Shown piece after piece: positions 38,524-48,513 of a stretch of 64,000 nt of DNA. Under the pieces are notes generated by a model. That model had not been told where the DNA came from, made no database searches, and saw only the letters and a list, made by a program, of their open reading frames with translations. Position 1 is the first letter of the stretch; each line of letters starts with the position of its first letter. This DNA is from a virus. The translations under genes and the position numbers were made by a program. The DNA lies in IMG/VR virus record IMGVR_UViG_3300044797_000308, positions 5,850 to 69,849 of that record; one strand, 5' to 3'.

Positions 38524-39972
38524 ATGACTTATCAAATTATTCTTATCAGTGCGATTACCAATCCAGATAACAGTTTTAGTGTAAATGGCGTTTTCTGGTT
38601 GACAGCTAACTCCAATAATATAGTTCCAGCACCGGGGTTTCAGAGTCAAGTTCCCTTTATTGATTCCTCTGATGCAAATTTATTGCAGATGGGAGATATT
38701 GTCGAGCAATCATTCAATAGTGGTAATTTCCCGTCTGGAACTTCCTTAGCTACCGTGCAATCCACTTTGCAATCACAATATTCTGTTGCACAGTCAAACT
38801 TATCTGCTTTAAATCCGGCACTTAGCCAAATGGTAGGGACTGTTTATAATGGTTCCACGTGGACTACCTCTAGCCCTTTTACACCGGCCTTTACGGACTC
38901 TACGGTAGGAACTTTTGCCGCCCTTAATAGCATTGTTCAGATCTCTATGCTAGGCAACGAATCCGTTGGGTTTCAAATTGCTGCCGGAACTTTCATTGGA
39001 GATTTACTTCCTGAAACTTCTTTTGATAATGGTCTCACTTGGAATCAAACATATTTTTCCATGGCTAGTACCTTTACCAAACAAGCAGTCATTGGATTTG
39101 CCTCTGCTAATACAGCTACTGCGGGCACTATCGTTGTACCAGGTGGCACTAATTTAGTTCGTATTCGTGCCTTTGTTTATACTTCCGGTACTTGTAGTAT
39201 CACCATCAATGCCTCTAAATCTGATGATCCAACATTAGCCACCTTCATTACGCCTTCCGCCAACCCAATGCCACCAAGCTTGGCTATTATGGGTGGCTCT
39301 GTAACAACTGCGGCTCCAACCTATACCACCGCTTTGGCCAATGCACTATCCCTCAATACTTCGGGTGGTTTAAGAGTAGATGGCTCTGGCGTTACTCAAC
39401 CAGTTAGTGGTACCGTAGCTACTACGCAGAGCACCTCTCCTTGGGCGGATAACATCACTGAAATTGGTGGTGTGGCAGTAGCCGCTGTGGCTAAGGGTGT
39501 TCAAGCTACCAATGCTTTGGGAGTACAAGAATTAAAAGATTCAGGTCGTACTCCATTAGTATATGAGATTAGTGCTGTAGCTGGTGTAACTACCGAAGCC
39601 TTGTTGTCACTAACCCCATTAACTGGGTTTGTGGCCGGTGCTGCCGCTACTACTTTCACCATTACTAGCGGAAAAACATTTAGAATTCAAGCCATGACTC
39701 TAACTGTTAGAACTACCACCACGGTCGCGGCTGGTGCTGTTGTCAGATTGAGAATAACAAGTACGGGAACTCCAACCACTTCAACGCCAGTCACAGCCAC
39801 GGTAGGCGCTACAAGTGGCTCAGGTACGACAGTTTCTGGCTGGGCAAACAGCGCTACCGTAACATTTCCAGATGGTTTAGAGCTATCTGGAACCATGGAG
39901 TTTGCTATATCAACTTTGGCTTCATCTACTTCTTGTACTTTGGATGTTTCTTTGATTGGGTTTATTTACTAA
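38524..39972 (+). CDS. Modular fibre-like protein
   Basis: Shares AAGT.IG...PE.SFD.G.TWN.TYF domain with 35306, and VTTAAPTY / LRVDGS.VTQPV modules with 33498. Confidence 0.68.
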   Translation: MTYQIILISAITNPDNSFSVNGVFWLTANSNNIVPAPGFQSQVPFIDSSDANLLQMGDIVEQSFNSGNFPSGTSLATVQSTLQSQYSVAQSNLSALNPALSQMVGTVYNGSTWTTSSPFTPAFTDSTVGTFAALNSIVQISMLGNESVGFQIAAGTFIGDLLPETSFDNGLTWNQTYFSMASTFTKQAVIGFASANTATAGTIVVPGGTNLVRIRAFVYTSGTCSITINASKSDDPTLATFITPSANPMPPSLAIMGGSVTTAAPTYTTALANALSLNTSGGLRVDGSGVTQPVSGTVATTQSTSPWADNITEIGGVAVAAVAKGVQATNALGVQELKDSGRTPLVYEISAVAGVTTEALLSLTPLTGFVAGAAATTFTITSGKTFRIQAMTLTVRTTTTVAAGAVVRLRITSTGTPTTSTPVTATVGATSGSGTTVSGWANSATVTFPDGLELSGTMEFAISTLASSTSCTLDVSLIGFIY

Positions 39973-40029
39973 GAGTGGGGCACTATTCTGATATATTGAG
40001 TAAGAGACCCTCAGAAGAAAGAGTCATGG

Positions 40030-40773
40030 ATGCTTGGCAAAATTTATTTAATTACAAACCTTGTTGACGGTAAGAAATACGTGGGACAGACCGTTAAACC
40101 CATAGAAAAAAGGTTAAAAGAGCATTTTAAGGCTGCGTTCGTAGAGAACAGACGTGCCATTATTTGTAGCGCTATCAGAAAGTACGGTAAAGACAGTTTT
40201 AGTATCGAATGCCTGCAAGATAATATATCTATTGATAATTTAGATGCGGCAGAGCAATATTGGATTAAGTATTGTGATACCTTCGGAAAGAACGGTTATA
40301 ACGCCACAACGGGTGGTAACCAATGTCGTATTTCAGACGAAACTAAGCTGAAGATATCAATTGCTCTTATGGGACATCCTGTTTCAGAAGAATCACGAAA
40401 AAAAATGTCAGAGTCACAAAAAGGAAAAGTTGGGGCATTAAATTCTTTCTATGGACGAACTCATTCGGAGGAGACGATAGCACAGATTAAAAAGACACTA
40501 ACTGGTAAAATGTCCGGTGAGAAGAATCCATTTTACGGCAAACATCACTCCAAGGAGTCAAAGAAAAAATTGAGTGAAAGTCTCAAAGGCAAGAATATTG
40601 GAGTAAAAGCAGGCATCAAACATCATAATGCAAGACTTATAGAGTCAGAAGTTCTAGAAATTAGAAAACTGGCTTTAGAAGGATACTTACATTTAGAGTT
40701 AGCAAAAATGTTTAGGGTTGCACGACAAACTATCACTAAGATAGTTAATAGACGTATTTGGAGACATATATGA
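40030..40773 (+). mobile_element. GIY-YIG homing endonuclease with NUMOD3 repeats
   Basis: KIYLITN...KYVGQT, GYNATTGG, NSFYGRTHSEET and NPFYGKHHSKES. Confidence 0.9.
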
Positions 40774-41633
40774 CTCGTGCTCTCGTACACAGTGGCGGAG
40801 CCGCCAAAGGTGCTTGGGCAACCGGAGTTATTCGATATTTATTGGGAGATTTGGGTATCAGTTATGATATTTATACGGGCACTTCGGTAGGCGCTATTAA
40901 TGTAGCTTTTCTAGCTATGTTCAAGTCAGGAGAGGAACAGGCAGCCCTCCAACTACTGACCGATTGGTGGCTCAAACTGGATAGTTCTAAAATATATAAG
41001 CCCTGGCCCTTTTGGGGAAGAATTGCGGCAGCTTGGCGTAAATCCTTCTATGATAGCTCCCCCTTGCATGAAATCATTAGGCAGAACGTTAGCCTAGAAA
41101 AGATTAGGGCTTCTGGCAAAAAAATTTCTGTGGGAGCCCTTAATCTGCATACTGGCAAGTATACTGTCTTCAATCAGGATAGCGATAATTTTATTGATGC
41201 CGTCTTAGCCTCCTCAGCTTTCCCGGCCATGCTTTCTCCTATTAAAATCAATAACGATCTTTACATCGATGGTGGAATGAAGACCCTATCCCCTATTAAG
41301 ATGGCTATTGAAATGGGAGCAGATGAAATTGATGTCATTACCACCTCCCCCGATGTGAGAGACAAAAAGTTTATGGAAGACCCTAACATTATAGATATTG
41401 TTAGGCGTGCTTTCGATGTAGCTACCGATAAAATACTATCCAATGATATAGAGTTGGCCATGATGTATAACCAGTTAGCAGAAGCGGGTCTGTCTAACAA
41501 AAAACCCATCAAACTTCGTATTATTAAGCCACACTACAATTTATTAGATAATGTGTTAGATTTCGATCCTCGGAAAATCAGAGAAATGATGGAGCTGGGC
41601 TACAAAGATGCTCGCCTTAGATACATAATGTGA
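40770..41633 (+). CDS. Patatin-like phospholipase
   Basis: SGGAAKG oxyanion loop, GTSVG nucleophile elbow, ASSAFP, DGG. Confidence 0.9.
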   Translation: MTRALVHSGGAAKGAWATGVIRYLLGDLGISYDIYTGTSVGAINVAFLAMFKSGEEQAALQLLTDWWLKLDSSKIYKPWPFWGRIAAAWRKSFYDSSPLHEIIRQNVSLEKIRASGKKISVGALNLHTGKYTVFNQDSDNFIDAVLASSAFPAMLSPIKINNDLYIDGGMKTLSPIKMAIEMGADEIDVITTSPDVRDKKFMEDPNIIDIVRRAFDVATDKILSNDIELAMMYNQLAEAGLSNKKPIKLRIIKPHYNLLDNVLDFDPRKIREMMELGYKDARLRYIM

Positions 41634-41646
41634 ATATTTCTACATA
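41633..41646 (+). promoter_or_regulatory. Putative late promoter AATA-N6-CATA
   Basis: AATAtttctaCATA upstream of RBS GAGGAG. Confidence 0.6.
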
Positions 41647-41664
41647 GAAAGAGGAGTATAATTC

Positions 41665-42015
41665 ATGGGTGCATATCCAAACGATCGATCTAACGACCCA
41701 AAGGGGCCGATTACTTACGGTAGAGATTTCAATTTCTTTGCCAATGTGACACCTACTATCAGCATAAGTACTGCCTTCAATTTTGATGCGGATGTTGTTA
41801 TTCTTTTTCCTAGTTATACGGTTACTTTTACAACTGCGGCAACAGGTGGTGCAGTTGCTCAATATTCATTTAACGGCAATACTGTGCATGGAGATATAGG
41901 TGCTGTTTCGGGTGGTGTAGGAGTTACTTCACTTGTTTTCGAGAACCGACAAATATCTAAAATATGGTTTAGAGGCACCGGTATAATTAGGGTTGAAGCC
42001 TGGGGTATTAGATAA
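41665..42015 (+). CDS. Small beta-sandwich hypothetical protein (possible virion accessory)
   Basis: YSFNG...HG and SKIWFRG..IRVEAW; strong RBS. Confidence 0.7.
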   Translation: MGAYPNDRSNDPKGPITYGRDFNFFANVTPTISISTAFNFDADVVILFPSYTVTFTTAATGGAVAQYSFNGNTVHGDIGAVSGGVGVTSLVFENRQISKIWFRGTGIIRVEAWGIR

Positions 42016-42044
42016 TTTGATGTAGCAAGTGTAAGGAGTAAGAT

Positions 42045-42395
42045 ATGAGCGAAGATTTCAGTAAAATTATAATCGACTCGACCAATCCAGACGATGTTAG
42101 TCAGAAAGTGACTAGCGAAAAAGAAACGCGTATCAAGTTTCTGACTGTGGCTCGTTGGGCTGGTCGTGAAAAAGATATGTTGCTGCTTTTTGCTAAGTTT
42201 GATAAGTTGATGCGTGCTGCCACCAACGAAGATAAAAGAAAAGACGTTAGTAAAATAGGCGCCATAGAAGTGTATAAATTATTGGGAGATTGTTTTGCTT
42301 CTCTGAAATCAAGCAATGCCCTACAAATTCCAGGCCTCGACTCTCATAGGGGCGAATTGTGGGTTGACGGTGAGTTGATCTATAAAGATAAGTAA
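42045..42395 (+). CDS. Hypothetical protein
   Basis: 116 aa, RBS AAGGAG. Confidence 0.72.
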   Translation: MSEDFSKIIIDSTNPDDVSQKVTSEKETRIKFLTVARWAGREKDMLLLFAKFDKLMRAATNEDKRKDVSKIGAIEVYKLLGDCFASLKSSNALQIPGLDSHRGELWVDGELIYKDK

Positions 42396-42405
42396 AGTAA
42401 GTAAT

Positions 42406-43113
42406 ATGAAATTATGTAAGAAATGTTATATTGAGAAAAATGAAAACGAATTTTGTAAGTGTAAAAGAATGATTGATGGACTATATTGTTATTGCAAGGC
42501 ATGCGAATCGATAAACAAGAAAGAATACTATCAACAAAATAAAGCAAAATTAATTGTAAACGCTCAAAATAATTATCGTAAAAATAAAGATCGTAAGAAG
42601 GCGTACGATAAAAAGAGATATCAGAAAAATATCGAAAAACATCAAGAAAGTAGCAGATTATACTACCAAAAGAATAAGCGGATTTATGCTGATAGAAATC
42701 GTAAAAATTCAGCAGAAAAATATAAAAATAATCCAGTTTTCAAGATAAGAAACAGAGTATCCTGCGAAATAAAAAGGGCATTAAAGAAAAATAATTCATC
42801 CAAAAACGGACACTCAGTTCTCGACTTCATTCCATATTCTATACGAGATTTAAAAGTTTATTTGGAAAATCAGTTTGAGCCGTGGATGACTTGGAATAAT
42901 TGGGGGAAATATGACCCAAAAATATGGAATGACAACGATCAATCAACTTGGACATGGCAAATTGATCATATAATACCACAGAGCAAATTACCATATACTA
43001 CAATGACCGACAATAATTTTCAGATATGTTGGGCATTAAGTAATCTGCGACCATTAAGTGCTAAACAAAATTTGCTTGATGGAGTATATAGAAAGAGACA
43101 TATCAATGAGTGA
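42406..43113 (+). mobile_element. HNH-type endonuclease
   Basis: CKKC...CKAC N-terminus; WQIDHIIPQS...WALSNLRPLSAKQN; AT-rich. Confidence 0.85.
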
Positions 43114-43351
43114 AGATAATGTTAAAATAACATATTACGGAGAGGTAGTCTGGTTTGATCCCAAAAGAGGTTATGGCTTCATTTTTTGGGAGATAGATGG
43201 CGTCAAACAAAAAGATCTTTTTGTCCATTTTTCTGACGTTTCCTGTGAGGGTTTTAAGACACTTTATAAGGGTCAAAAAGTAAAATTTGGTCTAGGTATC
43301 AATAAGCATGGTGACCCCAAAGCCACCAGTGTTGAAATCATGAAGAACTAA
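43106..43351 (+). CDS. csp: Cold-shock domain protein
   Basis: G.VVWFDPKRGYGFI (RNP1), DLFVHFS (RNP2), GFKTL..GQKV.F. Confidence 0.92.
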   Translation: MSEDNVKITYYGEVVWFDPKRGYGFIFWEIDGVKQKDLFVHFSDVSCEGFKTLYKGQKVKFGLGINKHGDPKATSVEIMKN

Positions 43352-43642
43352 TTATTTCTTGAAATAAATTTCAATAATCTGAGCAGCCAAGGCTAACAAA
43401 CCGCTGACATACAATACTTTAATCCTAAACATGTCCTTGGATAGTTCGTCTACCTGTTCGACTAATTTATCTGCCGTATCTTCAATTCTATCTTGTTGAA
43501 GTTTGCCGGCGGTTAGCTTCTCGAAAATTTCTTCTCGCTCTTCTGCGGCAATAGTCTCTATTTCAACAGCTTTTCTATTGACTTCTAGAATAATTTGCAA
43601 GTCTTTTCTGTTGAATTGTTCCGGCATTTTTGTGGTCTCCAT
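43352..43642 (-). CDS. Coiled-coil protein with C-terminal transmembrane segment
   Basis: Heptad region, then VLYVSGLLALAAQIIEIYF. Confidence 0.65.
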   Translation of the reverse strand: METTKMPEQFNRKDLQIILEVNRKAVEIETIAAEEREEIFEKLTAGKLQQDRIEDTADKLVEQVDELSKDMFRIKVLYVSGLLALAAQIIEIYFKK

Positions 43643-43650
43643 TTATCAAA

Positions 43651-43815
43651 TTAGTTAGTCTGTTGTTTGCGTTTTTTTGCCCTTTCTAAAATCCTACTGC
43701 ATTTATTGTCCAATTTTTTGTACTCTTCTACGGTAGTTTGTTCAACGTCAGCAGCCTCTTCATCTTGCTCAAAAATTTGATCAATAACTTCTGCTAGTTG
43801 TTTACGCGAATGCAT
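43651..43815 (-). CDS. Small hypothetical protein
   Basis: Start MHSRKQ behind AAGAGG. Confidence 0.6.
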   Translation of the reverse strand: MHSRKQLAEVIDQIFEQDEEAADVEQTTVEEYKKLDNKCSRILERAKKRKQQTN

Positions 43816-43825
43816 GTTTGACCTC

Positions 43826-44254
43826 TTATTTGTGGGAAATGACGAGTTTCTGAGTATCAGCATCGGCTAATTCAGCATTCTCTCTGGCGTAGTCTTCGTC
43901 CAATTTTTTCTGCATCGATAGATCGTCCGAAATTTTGAGCTCATCATATTCAACCTGCTCAATGCTTAGTATAGATCGTCCTCTAGATGGGATAGCCGAC
44001 TCTCTCAAAAATGGTATTCTTTCTTTATCGATAGCTGGCGGTGGTAGGTCTCGCACCAATATTTTATCTCGTTTCTTGAAAATAGAACCGGACTCTCTGG
44101 ACTTAATTAGTTGTTCCAAGGTAAAATCATAGTGTTTTTTATCCAATAAATTCACCGTCCTAAACGCCTTAATGTTGATAGCTAAGTCAGCTAACGTGAC
44201 ATTTCTATCAGAAGCATTGGTGACCCAAAATTCTGGTTTTGGAGGAGTTTTCAT
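43826..44254 (-). CDS. Hypothetical protein, weakly similar to N-terminus of 28593
   Basis: F.V.N.S...S...G pattern; late-promoter motif directly upstream. Confidence 0.65.
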   Translation of the reverse strand: MKTPPKPEFWVTNASDRNVTLADLAINIKAFRTVNLLDKKHYDFTLEQLIKSRESGSIFKKRDKILVRDLPPPAIDKERIPFLRESAIPSRGRSILSIEQVEYDELKISDDLSMQKKLDEDYARENAELADADTQKLVISHK

Positions 44255-44261
44255 ACACTCT

Positions 44262-44275
44262 AATGTAAGTATATT
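44262..44275 (-). promoter_or_regulatory. Putative late promoter AATA-N6-CATT
   Basis: Minus strand AATAtacttaCATT, 7 nt before ATG 44254. Confidence 0.55.
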
Positions 44276-44303
44276 CATAATTAGTCATAATAGCAGAGGA
44301 ACA

Positions 44304-44864
44304 ATGACATACTGCTTTAATTATACTCCTGGCCAACTAGTTACTTTCTATCAGGAAGTTAAGGACGGCTATGATCAGCGCACGGATGACGGATATATCC
44401 CAGTCGTAACCAGAATTATTGTTCCTGGTTTCACTTTGGCTTGCGATTACCCGCGAACCATGACTCGCATAGATGTAGGTCTGTTTTACTTCCAATTTTT
44501 GCTTCCTAATGGGGCTTCCGCAGTGGGAACTTATTTTGTAGATATTATTTATATGAATCCAGATACGGGACTATTGGTCAATGCGTCTCGTCAGATTGTG
44601 GTAACGGCACCTTTCGGTAATTTTGGCTTGACTCCGGGCGGTTTGGGCGGCCCGCCAATTCATCCGCCACCACCTTGCCATTTCCCTCCAGAACCAGATT
44701 GCCATCATGATCACCATGAGCGTCCCGATCCTTACGATCGTCATGAACATCATGATCCGTGTCCGCCCCCTTGTCCCGCGCCATATCCTCATGAACCGCT
44801 GCCTCTTGGTCCCCGTGGTTTCGTTAGAAATCCACATCGTCCTTTCCGAGGCGGTGGAAGATAA
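44304..44864 (+). CDS. Ig-like virion protein with His/Pro/Cys-rich tail
   Basis: ATG behind AGAGGA; N-terminal domain resembles the N-terminus of 45718. Confidence 0.7.
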   Translation: MTYCFNYTPGQLVTFYQEVKDGYDQRTDDGYIPVVTRIIVPGFTLACDYPRTMTRIDVGLFYFQFLLPNGASAVGTYFVDIIYMNPDTGLLVNASRQIVVTAPFGNFGLTPGGLGGPPIHPPPPCHFPPEPDCHHDHHERPDPYDRHEHHDPCPPPCPAPYPHEPLPLGPRGFVRNPHRPFRGGGR

Positions 44865-45675
44865 ATTTTTCTCTTTTCCTGTCCAACCATATGGTGGCAT
44901 CTTTATATAAAAAATCATATATTTTTTTAACTACTTTATTGCCACTATACGACAGTGAAAAAACATTATTTTTTACCACCGTTTTATTATAATGTAGCTG
45001 ACAATTTTTTATTAAAATATTGCGATATTCTTCAACAAAATTTTGTGTTCCCAGTATATTAAAATGTAATTGTTTAATTGTTCTTCCCGCACTGAGTCCA
45101 CAATAAGAAATCGAACCATCCCCATCAAAATATCCCCTCATAAAATGGTGCACTAATGGATGATTGACTAACCACCCTGGCATCATGTATGTGAAAGTTT
45201 TATTTGGAACGATGTTAAATCGTTCCAAATCATCATAAATTTTATCACTTACTATTTGTATTTCTACGCACTTATGTGGTGTTTTTATTAGTTTACCTGG
45301 TTTGATATTATATTTTTTAATAGGATGATTGCTATTAAAAGATATTTTTATTTTTTCTAAATGTGCTAAATCTACGTTTGATAAACATATTTTTAATATT
45401 TTTGAGTATTGTCGTTTTTGCAATGAGCCATCAGCGGCAATAAAACCAGCTAAATAAAAACTTTCAGCATTATCACTATCAAAAATGTTTTCGTTGCACT
45501 CATAAATTCCAGTAAAATGTTTGTCATATGATAGTCCATATAATTTCATATATTTGTAAACACTATCAATAGATACGGACAATTTATTTGCAATTTTTTG
45601 CATACTACCGAGCGTTTTGTATTCATATTCCAGTATTTCTTTGGTTAGTTTGTTTTGTAGACGATTTTTGTTCAT
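44824..45675 (-). mobile_element. LAGLIDADG homing endonuclease
   Basis: FYLAGFIAADG and HFMRGYFDGDG. Confidence 0.9.
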
Positions 45676-45717
45676 ATCTACTATATATCACGATAGCAAT
45701 ATATTTGGAGACGATAC

Positions 45718-46617
45718 ATGGTTATTAAAGCCAGGGGCGAGCTTATTGAACCGACCGAACAGGTTAGGTTAACTGTAAAATTTAAGGATGCCATGGGCCA
45801 TCCCATCGACACGGATGCCTTTCCTACAATTTCTATAGTTCAGCCGAGTGGTTTAGTGGCGCTCGTCCAGTCCTCTTCGGGCGTACATCAATTATCGGTT
45901 GGAGAGTATGAGTATACTTTCACTGCTCCTATCAATGGCCCGCTTGGTGTATGGAACGATATTTGGACAGGTTATATTAATGGATTTTTAGTGCAAACTA
46001 CTTTTAGTTTTGTGATAATACATACACAAATACCAGCTATCAATAGTGATGATAAAATTCATTTAGGTGATGATCCTGGTTTTCATTATTCTGAGTGTGC
46101 CCTGCATAACATCAATAAGCTAATGAAGTCTCTCAAAGCCAGGCTTAATAGCTCGGGTAAAGCCAAATCCTCGGATGCTTACGGCAACACTATTTATGTG
46201 GATTGCGATATTTTTTCTGTGGATACCCTAGCCACTTTTATTGCCACTGCCCTGTGGGACTTCAACCAAGTTCCTTATTTCACTTGGTTTACTTTTGACG
46301 AAGACAGCTTCGTAGATCAATTCGGAGAGGTATTGGTAGAAGGTGCTACTTTATATGCACTAGCTTCTATTGCCTTGATTGAAAGAGGAAGAGAATTTCA
46401 ACTAACTGATAATGGGTTAAATTTCAATCCTCCGACTGTTAGTGAATTGCTACAAACTCAATATAGCACTTTGTTAAGTCACTATTGGGAAAAGCTTAAA
46501 TACATTAAGAATTCACTCAGACCAAGTCCACGCGGTCTTGGAGTATTCTCAATGACAAGTGGTATGAACCCACAGTGGGCACGTTTACGCCACGTCCGTG
46601 CTCGTAGATTGTACTGA
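45718..46617 (+). CDS. Putative neck / head-tail adaptor protein
   Basis: Ig-like N-terminus, then helical domain AL.DFNQVP...E.GREF...DNG..F; position between head and tail modules. Confidence 0.55.
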   Translation: MVIKARGELIEPTEQVRLTVKFKDAMGHPIDTDAFPTISIVQPSGLVALVQSSSGVHQLSVGEYEYTFTAPINGPLGVWNDIWTGYINGFLVQTTFSFVIIHTQIPAINSDDKIHLGDDPGFHYSECALHNINKLMKSLKARLNSSGKAKSSDAYGNTIYVDCDIFSVDTLATFIATALWDFNQVPYFTWFTFDEDSFVDQFGEVLVEGATLYALASIALIERGREFQLTDNGLNFNPPTVSELLQTQYSTLLSHYWEKLKYIKNSLRPSPRGLGVFSMTSGMNPQWARLRHVRARRLY

Positions 46618-46669
46618 GGGCACGAAGGTTTTTCTAAGTGCTGTTATATAAGTCAGCACGAGGACAAAC

Positions 46670-47686
46670 ATGAAAAACAAGCTACTCTCAAAAATTACGC
46701 CCGAACAACTCATTCAAGATTTTCAAGAATTAGGTTCAGCAGGTAAAATTGGTGCTAAATATGGTATCAATACGCAAACTGTTTATACGGCCTTCAAGAT
46801 TATAAATTATGATTGTCGTACCAGGCAAGATGTTGCATCGGTGGTGACCAAAGAAATTCTAGAAGAAGCTTACGGCCGTCTTGGCACGCTCAAAGCAGTT
46901 GGTCGCGAACTAAAAATAGACCCCGAAAGCGTTAGTCGCTATATGGAAAAATTTGACCTTAATTATCAGCATCAAATTATCTATAATTGTGATCAAGAAT
47001 TCTTTTCAAGAGATAATGAAGAGACATTTTATGTGGCTGGTTTCATTGCTGCCGATGGTTGTGTGAAAAATAGAAAAAATACCTCTGGAAATATAAGATA
47101 TGAACTTGGAATTGGATTATCAAGAGAAGATAAGGATTTTCTTGAACAACTTCGACAGATAATGAAAGCTGAAACTCCTGTTAGAGATTTTTTGGTTAAA
47201 AACTCAAAACGTAATCCAAAATGGAATGATTGTTGGAAAAGTGAAATCATTATCACCTCCAAGCAAATGTGTGATGATCTATTTCGTTTCGATGTGATCC
47301 CGCGCAAAAGCCTTATTTATACGTTTCCTAAATGGATGAAAACGCATCCTCTCAAACATCATTTTCTCCGTGGGTATAATGACGGAGATGGCAGTTTTTT
47401 CATTCCCGAATTACCCGATGGAAAAAAGACCGAACAAGTCCATTTTTCTATGCGTGGAACACCCAGTTTTCTCACAGATGCTCGATATATATTGGAACAA
47501 GAATGCGATCTCGAAGAACGAGAAAAGGATATTAGAATTTCCAGCGGACAAGGCGTTCTCGAATATGGTGGAAACGGCGTTACATCCAAAATTGCTGATT
47601 ACCTCTACCGAGACGCCACCATTTATCTTCCGCGCAAACGAGAGATTGCAATGATGGCAAAACAATTTCAGGGACTATTGAAATGA
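46670..47686 (+). mobile_element. LAGLIDADG homing endonuclease with tandem HTH
   Basis: FYVAGFIAADG and HFLRGYNDGDG; close paralog of 44824. Confidence 0.9.
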
Positions 47687-47850
47687 CCACCAAAACACAA
47701 TACGAAGAACCCTGTTCCCACGACAATCAACCCTGCACTTGGGACAGCGATTATTTTTACAGCGTGGAAGAAGACGATGAAATGAGAACGGATCTCTTTT
47801 GCGCCAAATGCGGTCGTTTTCGCGATTGGTCAAAAGAGGAACTGCCTTAA
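47683..47850 (+). CDS. Small putative zinc-ribbon protein (55 aa, not in ORF track)
   Basis: ATGA-coupled; MTTKTQYEEPCSH...FCAKCGRF. Confidence 0.5.
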   Translation: MTTKTQYEEPCSHDNQPCTWDSDYFYSVEEDDEMRTDLFCAKCGRFRDWSKEELP

Positions 47851-48470
47851 CGATCTGTCTTCCTGCGTTCGTAAGAAGGTGTTAGAAAATCTTGTAATGG
47901 ATTACCGGCAATTTTCTCAAAGACCTCTACCTGCTGTAATAACAAGGCATTCTTTCTTTTTCTGGTCGGCCCTTTGAGGGGGAAAGTAATGAAGATACGA
48001 TCATCGGCATGATCTCCGCCCCACAGCACCACTTCATTGGCCACGAACTCTAACTTGGGTTCAATCTTGAAGTCATCGTGGTCTTCTTTGGAGAAAGCCA
48101 ATGTGATGTGCGGCTTATATTCCTTGAAGGTTTTCTTGTAATCTATTTTGGCCTTGTCGAAACTCTTGCATAACTTCTTGTGCAGCTCATGTAGCTCTTT
48201 GGAATCGATGGGGGCGATGATGGGGATAGGCCCGTCATTGTGTGGCGGGAAATGAGAGACCTTGGAGGCCTTCACCAGAAATGGTTTAATATCTACAATG
48301 GCCTCGAAGGTGGTTTCGGTGGCCTTACTAATTTCTGAGATAGGCCAGTTATCCTCAAAACATAAAATAGTAATATGATATTCAGAAGTGGATTCTCTTT
48401 CACCCGGCACTTCTAAGCCTGTGATAAGTCTGCCAACTTCCTGTGGTACGCGAATTCCCAAAAACGCCAT
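47847..48470 (-). CDS. 2H phosphoesterase (ThpR/LigT or Acb1-like)
   Basis: Two HxT motifs YHITIL and YKPHITLA; RBS GAGG. Confidence 0.85.
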   Translation of the reverse strand: MAFLGIRVPQEVGRLITGLEVPGERESTSEYHITILCFEDNWPISEISKATETTFEAIVDIKPFLVKASKVSHFPPHNDGPIPIIAPIDSKELHELHKKLCKSFDKAKIDYKKTFKEYKPHITLAFSKEDHDDFKIEPKLEFVANEVVLWGGDHADDRIFITFPLKGPTRKRKNALLLQQVEVFEKIAGNPLQDFLTPSYERRKTDR

Positions 48471-48513
48471 AATTTAACCTCTATCTATAATATGGTTATT
48501 TAGCCATATCTAC

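Noticed and set aside
30543-39972. Diversity-generating retroelement or invertible cassette behind the fibre repeats
   Set aside because: No reverse transcriptase or recombinase in the window; repeats differ mainly at synonymous positions, not specifically at adenines, and are all direct and in-frame.
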